From Nemertoderma westbladi (Eukaryota > Animalia > Xenacoelomorpha): 64,000 bases of DNA. The notes under the pieces are model-generated. The model searched no databases and was not told the origin of the DNA. It was given only the letters and a program-made list of their open reading frames with translations. The stretch is taken from positions 101,047 to 165,046 of the forward strand of contig JAUCBJ010009154.1 of NCBI GenBank assembly GCA_032718475.1, written 5' to 3'. How positions within the stretch are numbered: the stretch's first letter is position 1; each line of letters opens with the position of its first letter. Both the position numbers and the translations under genes were made by a program. This document shows positions 30,001 through 45,000 of the stretch, piece by piece.

Positions 30001-33000
30001 CCTCCTTTCGTTCTCTATAAATGAGTCCGCCATATTAACTTATCCTTTCGATCTTCCTCCTTTCGTTCTCTATAAATGAGTCCGCCATATTAACTTATCC
30101 TTTCGATCTTCCTCCTTTCGTTCTCTATAAATGAGTCCGCCATATTAACTTATCCTTTCGATCTTCCTCCTTTCGTTCTCTATAAATGAGTCCGCCATAT
30201 TAACTTATCCTTTCTTTGCTATAAATGAGTCCGCCATATTAACTTATCATTTCTTTGCTATAAATGAGTCCGCCATATTAACTTATCCTTTCGTTCTCTA
30301 TAAATGAGTCCGCCATATTAACTTATCCTTTCTTTGCTATAAATGAGTCCGCCATATTAACTTATCCTTTCTTTGCTATAAATGAGTCCGCCATATTAAC
30401 TTATCCTTTCGATCTTCCTCCTTTCGTTCTCTATAAATGAGTCCGCCATATTAACTTATCCTTTCTTTGCTATAAATGAGTCCGCCATATTAACTTATCC
30501 TTTCTTTGCTATAAATGAGTCCGCCATATTAACTTATCCTTTCGTTCTCTATAAATGAGTCCGCCATATTAACTTATCCTTTCTTTGCTATAAATGAGTC
30601 CGCCATATTAACTTATCCTTTCGATCTTCCTCCTTTCCTTCTCTATAAATGAGTCCGCCATATTAACTTATCCTTTCGATCTTCCTCCTTTCGTTCTCTA
30701 TAAATGAGTCCGCCATATTAACTTATCCTTTCTTTGCTATAAATGAGTCCGCCATATTAACTTATCCTTTCGATCTTCCTCCTTTCCTTCTCTATAAATG
30801 AGTCCGCCATATTAACTTATCCTTTCGATCTTCCTCCTTTCGTTCTCTATAAATGAGTCCGCCATATTAACTTATCCTTTCGATCTTCCTCCTTTCGTTC
30901 TCTATAAATGAGTCCGCCATATTAACTTATCCTTTCTTTGCTATAAATGAGTCCGCCATATTAACTTATCATTTCTTTGCTATAAATGAGTCCGCCATAT
31001 TAACTTATCCTTTCTTTGCTATAAATGAGTCCGCCATATTAACTTATCCTTTCGATCTTCCTCCTTTCGTTCTCTATAAATGAGTCCGCCATATTAACTT
31101 ATCCTTTCGTTCTCTATAAATGAGTCCGCCATATTAACTTATCCTTTCGATCTTCCTCCTTTCGTTCTCTATAAATGAGTCCGCCATATTAACTTATCCT
31201 TTCGATCTTCCTCCTTTCGTTCTCTATAAATGAGTCCGCCATATTAACTTATCCTTTCGATCTTCCTCCTTTCGTTCTCTATAAATGAGTCCGCCATATT
31301 AACTTATCCTTTCTTTGCTATAAATGAGTCCGCCATATTAACTTATCATTTCTTTGCTATAAATGAGTCCGCCATATTAACTTATCCTTTCTTTGCTATA
31401 AATGAGTCCGCCATATTAACTTATCCTTTCGATCTTCCTCCTTTCGTTCTCTATAAATGAGTCCGCCATATTAACTTATCCTTTCGTTCTCTATAAATGA
31501 GTCCGCCATATTAACTTATCCTTTCGATCTTCCTCCTTTCGTTCTCTATAAATGAGTCCGCCATATTAACTTATCCTTTCGATCTTCCTCCTTTCGTTCT
31601 CTATAAATGAGTCCGCCATATTAACTTATCCTTTCGATCTTCCTCCTTTCGTTCTCTATAAATGAGTCCGCCATATTAACTTATCCTTTCGATCTTCCTC
31701 CTTTCGTTCTCTATAAATGAGTCCGCCATATTAACTTATCCTTTCGATCTTCCTCCTTTCGTTCTCTATAAATGAGTCCGCCATATTAACTTATCCTTTC
31801 TTTGCTATAAATGAGTCCGCCATATTAACTTATCATTTCTTTGCTATAAATGAGTCCGCCATATTAACTTATCCTTTCGTTCTCTATAAATGAGTCCGCC
31901 ATATTAACTTATCCTTTCTTTGCTATAAATGAGTCCGCCATATTAACTTATCCTTTCTTTGCTATAAATGAGTCCGCCATATTAACTTATCCTTTCGATC
32001 TTCCTCCTTTCGTTCTCTATAAATGAGTCCGCCATATTAACTTATCCTTTCTTTGCTATAAATGAGTCCGCCATATTAACTTATCCTTTCTTTGCTATAA
32101 ATGAGTCCGCCATATTAACTTATCCTTTCGTTCTCTATAAATGAGTCCGCCATATTAACTTATCCTTTCTTTGCTATAAATGAGTCCGCCATATTAACTT
32201 ATCCTTTCGATCTTCCTCCTTTCCTTCTCTATAAATGAGTCCGCCATATTAACTTATCCTTTCGATCTTCCTCCTTTCGTTCTCTATAAATGAGTCCGCC
32301 ATATTAACTTATCCTTTCTTTGCTATAAATGAGTCCGCCATATTAACTTATCCTTTCGATCTTCCTCCTTTCCTTCTCTATAAATGAGTCCGCCATATTA
32401 ACTTATCCTTTCGATCTTCCTCCTTTCGTTCTCTATAAATGAGTCCGCCATATTAACTTATCCTTTCGATCTTCCTCCTTTCGTTCTCTATAAATGAGTC
32501 CGCCATATTAACTTATCCTTTCTTTGCTATAAATGAGTCCGCCATATTAACTTATCATTTCTTTGCTATAAATGAGTCCGCCATATTAACTTATCCTTTC
32601 TTTGCTATAAATGAGTCCGCCATATTAACTTATCCTTTCGATCTTCCTCCTTTCGTTCTCTATAAATGAGTCCGCCATATTAACTTATCCTTTCGTTCTC
32701 TATAAATGAGTCCGCCATATTAACTTATCCTTTCGATCTTCCTCCTTTCCTTCTCTATAAATGAGTCCGCCATATTAACTTATCCTTTCGATCTTCCTCC
32801 TTTCGTTCTCTATAAATGAGTCCGCCATATTAACTTATCCTTTCGATCTTCCTCCTTTCGTTCTCTATAAATGAGTCCGCCATATTAACTTATCCTTTCG
32901 ATCTTCCTCCTTTCCTTCTCTATAAATGAGTCCGCCATATTAACTTATCCTTTCGTTCTCTATAAATGAGTCCGCCATATTAACTTATCCTTTCGATCTT

Positions 33001-36000
33001 CCTCCTTTCCTTCTCTATAAATGAGTCCGCCATATTAACTTATCCTTTCGATCTTCCTCCTTTCGTTCTCTATAAATGAGTCCGCCATATTAACTTATCC
33101 TTTCGATCTTCCTCCTTTCGTTCTCTATAAATGAGTCCGCCATATTAACTTATCCTTTCGATCTTCCTCCTTTCGTTCTCTATAAATGAGTCCGCCATAT
33201 TAACTTATCCTTTCGATCTTCCTCCTTTCGTTCTCTATAAATGAGTCCGCCATATTAACTTATACTTTCGATCTTCCTCCTTTCGTTCTCTATAAATGAG
33301 TCCGCCATATTAACTTATACTTTCGATCTTCCTCCTTTCGTTCTCTATAAATGAGTCCGCCATATTAACTTATACTTTCGATCTTCCTCCTTTCGTTCTC
33401 TATAAATGAGTCCGCCATATTAACTTATCCTTTCGATCTTCCTCCTTTCGTTCTCTATAAATGAGTCCGCCATATTAACTTATCCTTTCGTTCTCTATAA
33501 ATGAGTCCGCCATATTAACTTATCCTTTCGATCTTCCTCCTTTCCTTCTCTATAAATGAGTCCGCCATATTAACTTATCCTTTCGATCTTCCTCCTTTCG
33601 TTCTCTATAAATGAGTCCGCCATATTAACTTATCCTTTCGTTCTCTATAAATGAGTCCGCCATATTAACTTATCCTTTCGATCTTCCTCCTTTCGTTCTC
33701 TATAAATGAGTCCGCCATATTAACTTATCCTTTCGATCTTCCTCCTTTCCTTCTCTATAAATGAGTCCGCCATATTAACTTATCCTTTCGTTCTCTATAA
33801 ATGAGTCCGCCATATTAACTTATCCTTTCGATCTTCCTCCTTTCCTTCTCTATAAATGAGTCCGCCATATTAACTTATCCTTTCGATCTTCCTCCTTTCG
33901 TTCTCTATAAATGAGTCCGCCATATTAACTTATCCTTTCGTTCTCTATAAATGAGTCCACCATATTAACTTATCCTTTCGATCTTCCTCCTTTCGTTCTC
34001 TATAAATGAGTCCGCCATATTAACTTATCCTTTCGATCTTCCTCCTTTCGTTCTCTATAAATGAGTCCGCCATATTAACTTATCCTTTCGATCTTCCTCC
34101 TTTCCTTCTCTATAAATGAGTCCGCCATATTAACTTATCCTTTCGATCTTCCTCCTTTCGTTCTCTATAAATGAGTCCGCCATATTAACTTATCCTTTCT
34201 TTGCTATAAATGAGTCCGGCATATTAATTCCTCCTTTCGTTCTCTATAAATGAGTCCGCCATATTAACTTATCCTTTCGATCTTCCTCCTTTCGTTCTCT
34301 ATAAATGAGTCCGCCATATTAACTTATCCTTTCGATCTTCCTCCTTTCCTTCTCTATAAATGAGTCCGCCATATTAACTTATCCTTTCGATCTTCCTCCT
34401 TTCGTTCTCTATAAATGAGTCCGCCATATTAACTTATCCTTTCGATCTTCCTCCTTTCCTTCTCTATAAATGAGTCCGCCATATTAACTTATCCTTTCGA
34501 TCTTCCTCCTTTCGTTCTCTATAAATGAGTCCGCCATATTAACTTATCCTTTCGATCTTCCTCCTTTCGTTCTCTATAAATGAGTCCGCCGTATTAACTT
34601 ATCCTTTCGATCTTCCTCCTTTCGTTCTCTATAAATGAGTCCGCCATATTAACTTATCCTTTCGATCTTCCTCCTTTCGTTCTCTATAAATGAGTCCGCC
34701 ATATTAACTTATCCTTTCGATCTTCCTCCTTTCGTTCTCTATAAATGAGTCCGCCATATTAACTTATCCTTTCGATCTTCCTCCTTTCGTTCTCTATAAA
34801 TGAGTCCGCCATATTAACTTATCCTTTCGATCTTCCTCCTTTCGTTCTCTATAAATGAGTCCGCCATATTAACTTATACTTTCGATCTTCCTCCTTTCGT
34901 TCTCTATAAATGAGTCCGCCATATTAACTTATCCTTTCTTTGCTATAAATGAGTCCGCCATATTAACTTATCCTTTCTTTGCTATAAATGAGTCCGCCAT
35001 ATTAACTTATCCTTTCTTTGCTATAAATGAGTCCGCCATATTAACTTATCCTTTCGATCTTCCTCCTTTCGTTCTCTATAAATGAGTCCGCCATATTAAC
35101 TTATCCTTTCGATCTTCCTCCTTTCGTTCTCTATAAATGAGTCCGCCATATTAACTTATCCTTTCGATCTTCCTCCTTTCGTTCTCTATAAATGAGTCCG
35201 CCATATTAACTTATCCTTTCGATCTTCCTCCTTTCGTTCTCTATAAATGAGTCCGCCATATTAACTTATACTTTCGATCTTCCTCCTTTCGTTCTCTATA
35301 AATGAGTCCGCCATATTAACTTATCCTTTCTTTGCTATAAATGAGTCCGCCATATTAACTTATCCTTTCTTTGCTATAAATGAGTCCGCCATATTAACTT
35401 ATCCTTTCGATCTTCCTCCTTTCGTTCTCTATAAATGAGTCCGCCATATTAACTTATCCTTTCGTTCTCTATAAATGAGTCCGCCATATTAACTTATACT
35501 TTCGATCTTCCTCCTTTCGTTCTCTATAAATGAGTCCGCCATATTAACTTATCCTTTCTTTGCTATAAATGAGTCCGCCATATTAACTTATCATTTCTTT
35601 GCTATAAATGAGTCCGCCATATTAACTTATCCTTTCGTTCTCTATAAATGAGTCCGCCATATTAACTTATCCTTTCTTTGCTATAAATGAGTCCGCCATA
35701 TTAACTTATCCTTTCTTTGCTATAAATGAGTCCGCCATATTAACTTATCCTTTCGATCTTCCTCCTTTCGTTCTCTATAAATGAGTCCGCCATATTAACT
35801 TATCCTTTCGATCTTCCTCCTTTCCTTCTCTATAAATGAGTCCGCCATATTAACTTATCCTTTCGATCTTCCTCCTTTCGTTCTCTATAAATGAGTCCGC
35901 CATATTAACTTATCCTTTCGATCTTCCTCCTTTCCTTCTCTATAAATGAGTCCGCCATATTAACTTATCCTTTCGATCTTCCTCCTTTCGTTCTCTATAA

Positions 36001-39000
36001 ATGAGTCCGCCATATTAACTTATCCTTTCTTTGCTATAAATGAGTCCGCCATATTAACTTATCCTTTCTTTGCTATAAATGAGTCCGCCATATTAACTTA
36101 TCCTTTCGTTCTCTATAAATGAGTCCGCCATATTAACTTATCCTTTCTTTGCTATAAATGAGTCCGCCATATTAACTTATCCTTTCGATCTTCCTCCTTT
36201 CGTTCTCTATAAATGAGTCCGCCATATTAACTTATCCTTTCGATCTTCCTCCTTTCCTTCTCTATAAATGAGTCCGCCATATTAACTTATCCTTTCGATC
36301 TTCCTCCTTTCGTTCTCTATAAATGAGTCCGCCATATTAACTTATCCTTTCTTTGCTATAAATGAGTCCGCCATATTAACTTATCCTTTCGATCTTCCTC
36401 CTTTCGTTCTCTATAAATGAGTCCGCCATATTAACTTATACTTTCGATCTTCCTCCTTTCGTTCTCTATAAATGAGTCCGCCATATTAACTTATCCTTTC
36501 GATCTTCCTCCTTTCGTTCTCTATAAATGAGTCCGCCATATTAACTTATCCTTTCTTTGCTATAAATGAGTCCGCCATATTAACTTATCCTTTCTTTGCT
36601 ATAAATGAGTCCGCCATATTAACTTATCCTTTCTTTGCTATAAATGAGTCCGCCATATTAACTTATCCTTTCGATCTTCCTCCTTTCGTTCTCTATAAAT
36701 GAGTCCGCCATATTAACTTATCCTTTCGATCTTCCTCCTTTCGTTCTCTATAAATGAGTCCGCCATATTAACTTATCCTTTCGTTCTCTATAAATGAGTC
36801 CGCCATATTAACTTATCCTTTCGATCTTCCTCCTTTCGTTCTCTATAAATGAGTCCGCCATATTAACTTATCCTTTCTTTGCTATAAATGAGTCCGCCAT
36901 ATTAACTTATCCTTTCTTTGCTATAAATGAGTCCGCCATATTAACTTATCCTTTCTTTGCTATAAATGAGTCCGCCATATTAACTTATCCTTTCGATCTT
37001 CCTCCTTTCGTTCTCTATAAATGAGTCCGCCATATTAACTTATCCTTTCGATCTTCCTCCTTTCGTTCTCTATAAATGAGTCCGCCATATTAACTTATCC
37101 TTTCGTTCTCTATAAATGAGTCCGCCATATTAACTTATCCTTTCGATCTTCCTCCTTTCGTTCTCTATAAATGAGTCCGCCATATTAACTTATCCTTTCG
37201 ATCTTCCTCCTTTCGTTCTCTATAAATGAGTCCGCCATATTAACTTATCCTTTCGTTCTCTATAAATGAGTCCGCCATATTAACTTATCCTTTCTTTGCT
37301 ATAAATGAGTCCGCCATATTAACTTATCCTTTCTTTGCTATAAATGAGTCCGCCATATTAACTTATCCTTTCTTTGCTATAAATGAGTCCGGCATATTAA
37401 CTTATCCTTTCGATCTTCCTCCTTTCTTTGCTATAAATGAGTCCGCCATATTAACTTATCCTTTCGATCTTCCTCCTTTCGTTCTCTATAAATGAGTCCG
37501 CCATATTAACTTATCCTTTCGATCTTCCTCCTTTCGTTCTCTATAAATGAGTCCGCCATATTAACTTATCCTTTCGTTCTCTATAAATGAGTCCGCCATA
37601 TTAATTCCTCCTTTCGTTCTCTATAAATGAGTCCGCCATATTAACTTATCCTTTCGATCTTCCTCCTTTCGTTCTCTATAAATGAGTCCGCCATATTAAC
37701 TTATCCTTTCGATCTTCCTCCTTTCGTTCTCTATAAATGAGTCCGCCATATTAACTTATCCTTTCGTTCTCTATAAATGAGTCCGCCATATTAACTTATC
37801 CTTTCGTTCTCTATAAATGAGTCCGCCATATTAACTTATCCTTTCGATCTTCCTCCTTTCGTTCTCTATAAATGAGTCCGCCATATTAACTTATCCTTTC
37901 TTTGCTATAAATGAGTCCGCCATATTAACTTATCCTTTCTTTGCTATAAATGAGTCCGCCATATTAACTTATCCTTTCGATCTTCCTCCTTTCGTTCTCT
38001 ATAAATGAGTCCGCCATATTAACTTATCCTTTCGATCTTCCTCCTTTCGTTCTCTATAAATGAGTCCGCCATATTAACTTATCCTTTCTTTGCTATAAAT
38101 GAGTCCGCCATATTAACTTATCCTTTCTTTGCTATAAATGAGTCCGCCATATTAACTTATCCTTTCTTTGCTATAAATGAGTCCGCCATATTAACTTATC
38201 CTTTCGATCTTCCTCCTTTCGTTCTCTATAAATGAGTCCGCCATATTAACTTATCCTTTCGATCTTCCTCCTTTCGTTCTCTATAAATGAGTCCGCCATA
38301 TTAACTTATCCTTTCGATCTTCCTCCTTTCGTTCTCTATAAATGAGTCCGCCATATTAACTTATCCTTTCGTTCTCTATAAATGAGTCCGCCATATTAAC
38401 TTATCCTTTCGTTCTCTATAAATGAGTCCGCCATATTAACTTATCCTTTCGTTCTCTATAAATGAGTCCGCCATATTAACTTATCCTTTCTTTGCTATAA
38501 ATGAGTCCGCCATATTAACTTATCCTTTCGATCTTCCTCCTTTCGTTCTCTATAAATGAGTCCGCCATATTAACTTATCCTTTCGATCTTCCTCCTTTCG
38601 TTCTCTATAAATGAGTCCGCCATATTAACTTATCCTTTCGATCTTCCTCCTTTCGTTCTCTATAAATGAGTCCGCCATATTAACTTATCCTTTCGATCTT
38701 CCTCCTTTCGTTCTCTATAAATGAGTCCGCCATATTAACTTATCCTTTCTTTGCTATAAATGAGTCCGCCATATTAACTTATCCTTTCGTTCTCTATAAA
38801 TGAGTCCGCCATATTAACTTATCCTTTCTTTGCTATAAATGAGTCCGCCATATTAACTTATCCTTTCGATCTTCCTCCTTTCGTTCTCTATAAATGAGTC
38901 CGCCATATTAACTTATCCTTTCGATCTTCCTCCTTTCGTTCTCTATAAATGAGTCCGCCATATTAACTTATCCTTTCGATCTTCCTCCTTTCGTTCTCTA

Positions 39001-42000
39001 TAAATGAGTCCGCCATATTAACTTATCCTTTCGTTCTCTATAAATGAGTCCGCCATATTAACTTATCCTTTCGTTCTCTATAAATGAGTCCGCCATATTA
39101 ATTCCTCCTTTCGTTCTCTATAAATGAGTCCGCCATATTAACTTATCCTTTCTTTGCTATAAATGAGTCCGCCATATTAACTTATCCTTTCGATCTTCCT
39201 CCTTTCGTTCTCTATAAATGAGTCCGCCATATTAACTTATCCTTTCGATCTTCCTCCTTTCGTTCTCTATAAATGAGTCCGCCATATTAACTTATCCTTT
39301 CTTTGCTATAAATGAGTCCGCCATATTAACTTATCCTTTCGATCTTCCTCCTTTCGTTCTCTATAAATGAGTCCGCCATATTAACTTATCCTTTCGATCT
39401 TCCTCCTTTCCTTCTCTATAAATGAGTCCGCCATATTAACTTATCCTTTCGATCTTCCTCCTTTCGTTCTCTATAAATGAGTCCGCCATATTAACTTATC
39501 CTTTCGATCTTCCTCCTTTCGTTCTCTATAAATGAGTCCGCCATATTAACTTATCCTTTCGATCTTCCTCCTTTCGTTCTCTATAAATGAGTCCGCCATA
39601 TTAACTTATCCTTTCGTTCTCTATAAATGAGTCCGCCATATTAACTTATCCTTTCGTTCTCTATAAATGAGTCCGCCATATTAACTTATCCTTTCGTTCT
39701 CTATAAATGAGTCCGCCATATTAACTTATCCTTTCTTTGCTATAAATGAGTCCGCCATATTAACTTATCCTTTCGATCTTCCTCCTTTCGTTCTCTATAA
39801 ATGAGTCCGCCATATTAACTTATCCTTTCGATCTTCCTCCTTTCGTTCTCTATAAATGAGTCCGCCATATTAACTTATCCTTTCGTTCTCTATAAATGAG
39901 TCCGCCATATTAACTTATCCTTTCGTTCTCTATAAATGAGTCCGCCATATTAACTTATCCTTTCGATCTTCCTCCTTTCGTTCTCTATAAATGAGTCCGC
40001 CATATTAACTTATCCTTTCGATCTTCCTCCTTTCGTTCTCTATAAATGAGTCCGCCATATTAACTTATCATTTCTTTGCTATAAATGAGTCCGCCATATT
40101 AACTTATCCTTTCGTTCTCTATAAATGAGTCCGCCATATTAACTTATCCTTTCTTTGCTATAAATGAGTCCGCCATATTAACTTATCCTTTCTTTGCTAT
40201 AAATGAGTCCGCCATATTAACTTATCATTTCTTTGCTATAAATGAGTCCGCCATATTAACTTATCCTTTCGTTCTCTATAAATGAGTCCGCCATATTAAT
40301 TCCTCCTTTCGTTCTCTATAAATGAGTCCGCCATATTAACTTATCCTTTCTTTGCTATAAATGAGTCCGCCATATTAACTTATCCTTTCGATCTTCCTCC
40401 TTTCGTTCTCTATAAATGAGTCCGCCATATTAACTTATCCTTTCGATCTTCCTCCTTTCCTTCTCTATAAATGAGTCCGCCATATTAACTTATCCTTTCG
40501 ATCTTCCTCCTTTCGTTCTCTATAAATGAGTCCGCCATATTAACTTATCCTTTCGTTCTCTATAAATGAGTCCGCCATATTAACTTATCCTTTCGATCTT
40601 CCTCCTTTCGTTCTCTATAAATGAGTCCGCCATATTAACTTATCCTTTCGATCTTCCTCCTTTCGTTCTCTATAAATGAGTCCGCCATATTAACTTATCC
40701 TTTCGATCTTCCTCCTTTCGTTCTCTATAAATGAGTCCGCCATATTAACTTATCCTTTCGATCTTCCTCCTTTCGTTCTCTATAAATGAGTCCGCCATAT
40801 TAACTTATCCTTTCGATCTTCCTCCTTTCGTTCTCTATAAATGAGTCCGCCATATTAACTTATCCTTTCGATCTTCCTCCTTTCGTTCTCTATAAATGAG
40901 TCCGCCATATTAACTTATCCTTTCGATCTTCCTCCTTTCGTTCTCTATAAATGAGTCCGCCATATTAACTTATCCTTTCGATCTTCCTCCTTTCCTTCTC
41001 TATAAATGAGTCCGCCATATTAACTTATCCTTTCGATCTTCCTCCTTTCGTTCTCTATAAATGAGTCCGCCATATTAACTTATCCTTTCGATCTTCCTCC
41101 TTTCGTTCTCTATAAATGAGTCCGCCATATTAACTTATCCTTTCGATCTTCCTCCTTTCCTTCTCTATAAATGAGTCCGCCATATTAACTTATCCTTTCG
41201 ATCTTCCTCCTTTCCTTCTCTATAAATGAGTCCGCCATATTAACTTATCCTTTCGATCTTCCTCCTTTCCTTCTCTATAAATGAGTCCGCCATATTAACT
41301 TATCCTTTCGATCTTCCTCCTTTCGTTCTCTATAAATGAGTCCGCCATATTAACTTATCCTTTCGATCTTCCTCCTTTCCTTCTCTATAAATGAGTCCGC
41401 CATATTAACTTATCCTTTCGATCTTCCTCCTTTCGTTCTCTATAAATGAGTCCGCCATATTAACTTATCCTTTCTTTGCTATAAATGAGTCCGCCATATT
41501 AACTTATCCTTTCGATCTTCCTCCTTTCCTTCTCTATAAATGAGTCCGCCATATTAACTTATCCTTTCGATCTTCCTCCTTTCGTTCTCTATAAATGAGT
41601 CCGCCGTATTAATTCCTCCTTTCGTTCTCTATAAATGAGTCCGCCATATTAACTTATCCTTTCGATCTTCCTCCTTTCGTTCTCTATAAATGAGTCCGCC
41701 ATATTAACTTATCCTTTCGATCTTCCTCCTTTCCTTCTCTATAAATGAGTCCGCCATATTAACTTATCCTTTCGATCTTCCTCCTTTCGTTCTCTATAAA
41801 TGAGTCCGCCATATTAACTTATCCTTTCTTTGCTATAAATGAGTCCGCCATATTAACTTATCCTTTCGATCTTCCTCCTTTCGTTCTCTATAAATGAGTC
41901 CGCCATATTAACTTATCCTTTCGATCTTCCTCCTTTCGTTCTCTATAAATGAGTCCGCCATATTAACTTATCCTTTCGATCTTCCTCCTTTCCTTCTCTA

Positions 42001-45000
42001 TAAATGAGTCCGCCATATTAACTTATCCTTTCGATCTTCCTCCTTTCCTTCTCTATAAATGAGTCCGCCATATTAACTTATCCTTTCGATCTTCCTCCTT
42101 TCCTTCTCTATAAATGAGTCCGCCATATTAACTTATCCTTTCTTTGCTATAAATGAGTCCGCCATATTAACTTATCCTTTCGATCTTCCTCCTTTCCTTC
42201 TCTATAAATGAGTCCGCCATATTAACTTATCCTTTCGATCTTCCTCCTTTCGTTCTCTATAAATGAGTCCGCCGTATTAATTCCTCCTTTCGTTCTCTAT
42301 AAATGAGTCCGCCATATTAACTTATCCTTTCGATCTTCCTCCTTTCCTTCTCTATAAATGAGTCCGCCATATTAACTTATCCTTTCGATCTTCCTCCTTT
42401 CGTTCTCTATAAATGAGTCCGCCATATTAACTTATCCTTTCGATCTTCCTCCTTTCCTTCTCTATAAATGAGTCCGCCATATTAACTTATCCTTTCGATC
42501 TTCCTCCTTTCGTTCTCTATAAATGAGTCCGCCATATTAACTTATCCTTTCTTTGCTATAAATGAGTCCGCCATATTAACTTATCCTTTCGATCTTCCTC
42601 CTTTCCTTCTCTATAAATGAGTCCGCCATATTAACTTATCCTTTCGATCTTCCTCCTTTCGTTCTCTATAAATGAGTCCGCCGTATTAATTCCTCCTTTC
42701 GTTCTCTATAAATGAGTCCGCCATATTAACTTATCCTTTCGATCTTCCTCCTTTCGTTCTCTATAAATGAGTCCGCCGTATTAATTCCTCCTTTCGTTCT
42801 CTATAAATGAGTCCGCCATATTAACTTATCCTTTCGATCTTCCTCCTTTCGTTCTCTATAAATGAGTCCGCCATATTAACTTATCCTTTCGATCTTCCTC
42901 CTTTCGTTCTCTATAAATGAGTCCGCCATATTAACTTATCCTTTCGTTCTCTATAAATGAGTCCGCCATATTAACTTATCCTTTCGTTCTCTATAAATGA
43001 GTCCGCCATATTAACTTATCCTTTCGTTCTCTATAAATGAGTCCGCCATATTAACTTATCCTTTCGTTCTCTATAAATGAGTCCGCCATATTAACTTATC
43101 CTTTCGTTCTCTATAAATGAGTCCGCCATATTAACTTATCCTTTCTTTGCTATAAATGAGTCCGCCATATTAACTTATCCTTTCGATCTTCCTCCTTTCG
43201 TTCTCTATAAATGAGTCCGCCATATTAACTTATCCTTTCTTTGCTATAAATGAGTCCGCCATATTAACTTATCCTTTCGATCTTCCTCCTTTCGTTCTCT
43301 ATAAATGAGTCCGCCATATTAACTTATCCTTTCGATCTTCCTCCTTTCGTTCTCTATAAATGAGTCCGCCATATTAACTTATCCTTTCGATCTTCCTCCT
43401 TTCCTTCTCTATAAATGAGTCCGCCATATTAACTTATCCTTTCGATCTTCCTCCTTTCGTTCTCTATAAATGAGTCCGCCATATTAACTTATCCTTTCGA
43501 TCTTCCTCCTTTCCTTCTCTATAAATGAGTCCGCCATATTAACTTATCCTTTCGATCTTCCTCCTTTCGTTCTCTATAAATGAGTCCGCCATATTAACTT
43601 ATCCTTTCGTTCTCTATAAATGAGTCCGCCATATTAACTTATCCTTTCTTTGCTATAAATGAGTCCGCCATATTAACTTATCCTTTCGATCTTCCTCCTT
43701 TCGTTCTCTATAAATGAGTCCGCCATATTAACTTATCCTTTCGATCTTCCTCCTTTCGTTCTCTATAAATGAGTCCGCCATATTAACTTATCCTTTCGTT
43801 CTCTATAAATGAGTCCGCCGTATTAACTTATCCTTTCTTTGCTATAAATGAGTCCGCCATATTAACTTATCCTTTCGATCTTCCTCCTTTCCTTCTCTAT
43901 AAATGAGTCCGCCATATTAACTTATCCTTTCGATCTTCCTCCTTTCGTTCTCTATAAATGAGTCCGCCATATTAACTTATCCTTTCGTTCTCTATAAATG
44001 AGTCCGCCGTATTAACTTATCCTTTCTTTGCTATAAATGAGTCCGCCATATTAACTTATCCTTTCGATCTTCCTCCTTTCCTTCTCTATAAATGAGTCCG
44101 CCATATTAACTTATCCTTTCGATCTTCCTCCTTTCGTTCTCTATAAATGAGTCCGCCATATTAACTTATCCTTTCTTTGCTATAAATGAGTCCGCCATAT
44201 TAACTTATCCTTTCGATCTTCCTCCTTTCGTTCTCTATAAATGAGTCCGCCATATTAACTTATCCTTTCGTTCTCTATAAATGAGTCCGCCATATTAACT
44301 TATCCTTTCGTTCTTCCTCCTTTCGTTCTCTATAAATGAGTCCGCCGTATTAACTTATCCTTTCGATCTTCCTCCTTTCCTTCTCTATAAATGAGTCCGC
44401 CATATTAACTTATCCTTTCGATCTTCCTCCTTTCGTTCTCTATAAATGAGTCCGCCATATTAACTTATCCTTTCGTTCTCTATAAATGAGTCCGCCATAT
44501 TAACTTATCCTTTCGATCTTCCTCCTTTCGTTCTCTATAAATGAGTCCGCCATATTAACTTATCCTTTCGTTCTCTATAAATGAGTCCGCCGTATTAACT
44601 TATCCTTTCGATCTTCCTCCTTTCCTTCTCTATAAATGAGTCCGCCATATTAACTTATCCTTTCGATCTTCCTCCTTTCCTTCTCTATAAATGAGTCCGC
44701 CATATTAACTTATCCTTTCGTTCTCTATAAATGAGTCCGCCATATTAACTTATCCTTTCTTTACTATAAATGAGTCCGCCATATTAACTTATCCTTTCGA
44801 TCTTCCTCCTTTCGTTCTCTATAAATGAGTCCGCCATATTAACTTATCCTTTCGATCTTCCTCCTTTCGTTCTCTATAAATGAGTCCGCCATATTAACTT
44901 ATCCTTTCGTTCTCTATAAATGAGTCCGCCATATTAACTTATCCTTTCGATCTTCCTCCTTTCGTTCTCTATAAATGAGTCCGCCATATTAACTTATCCT

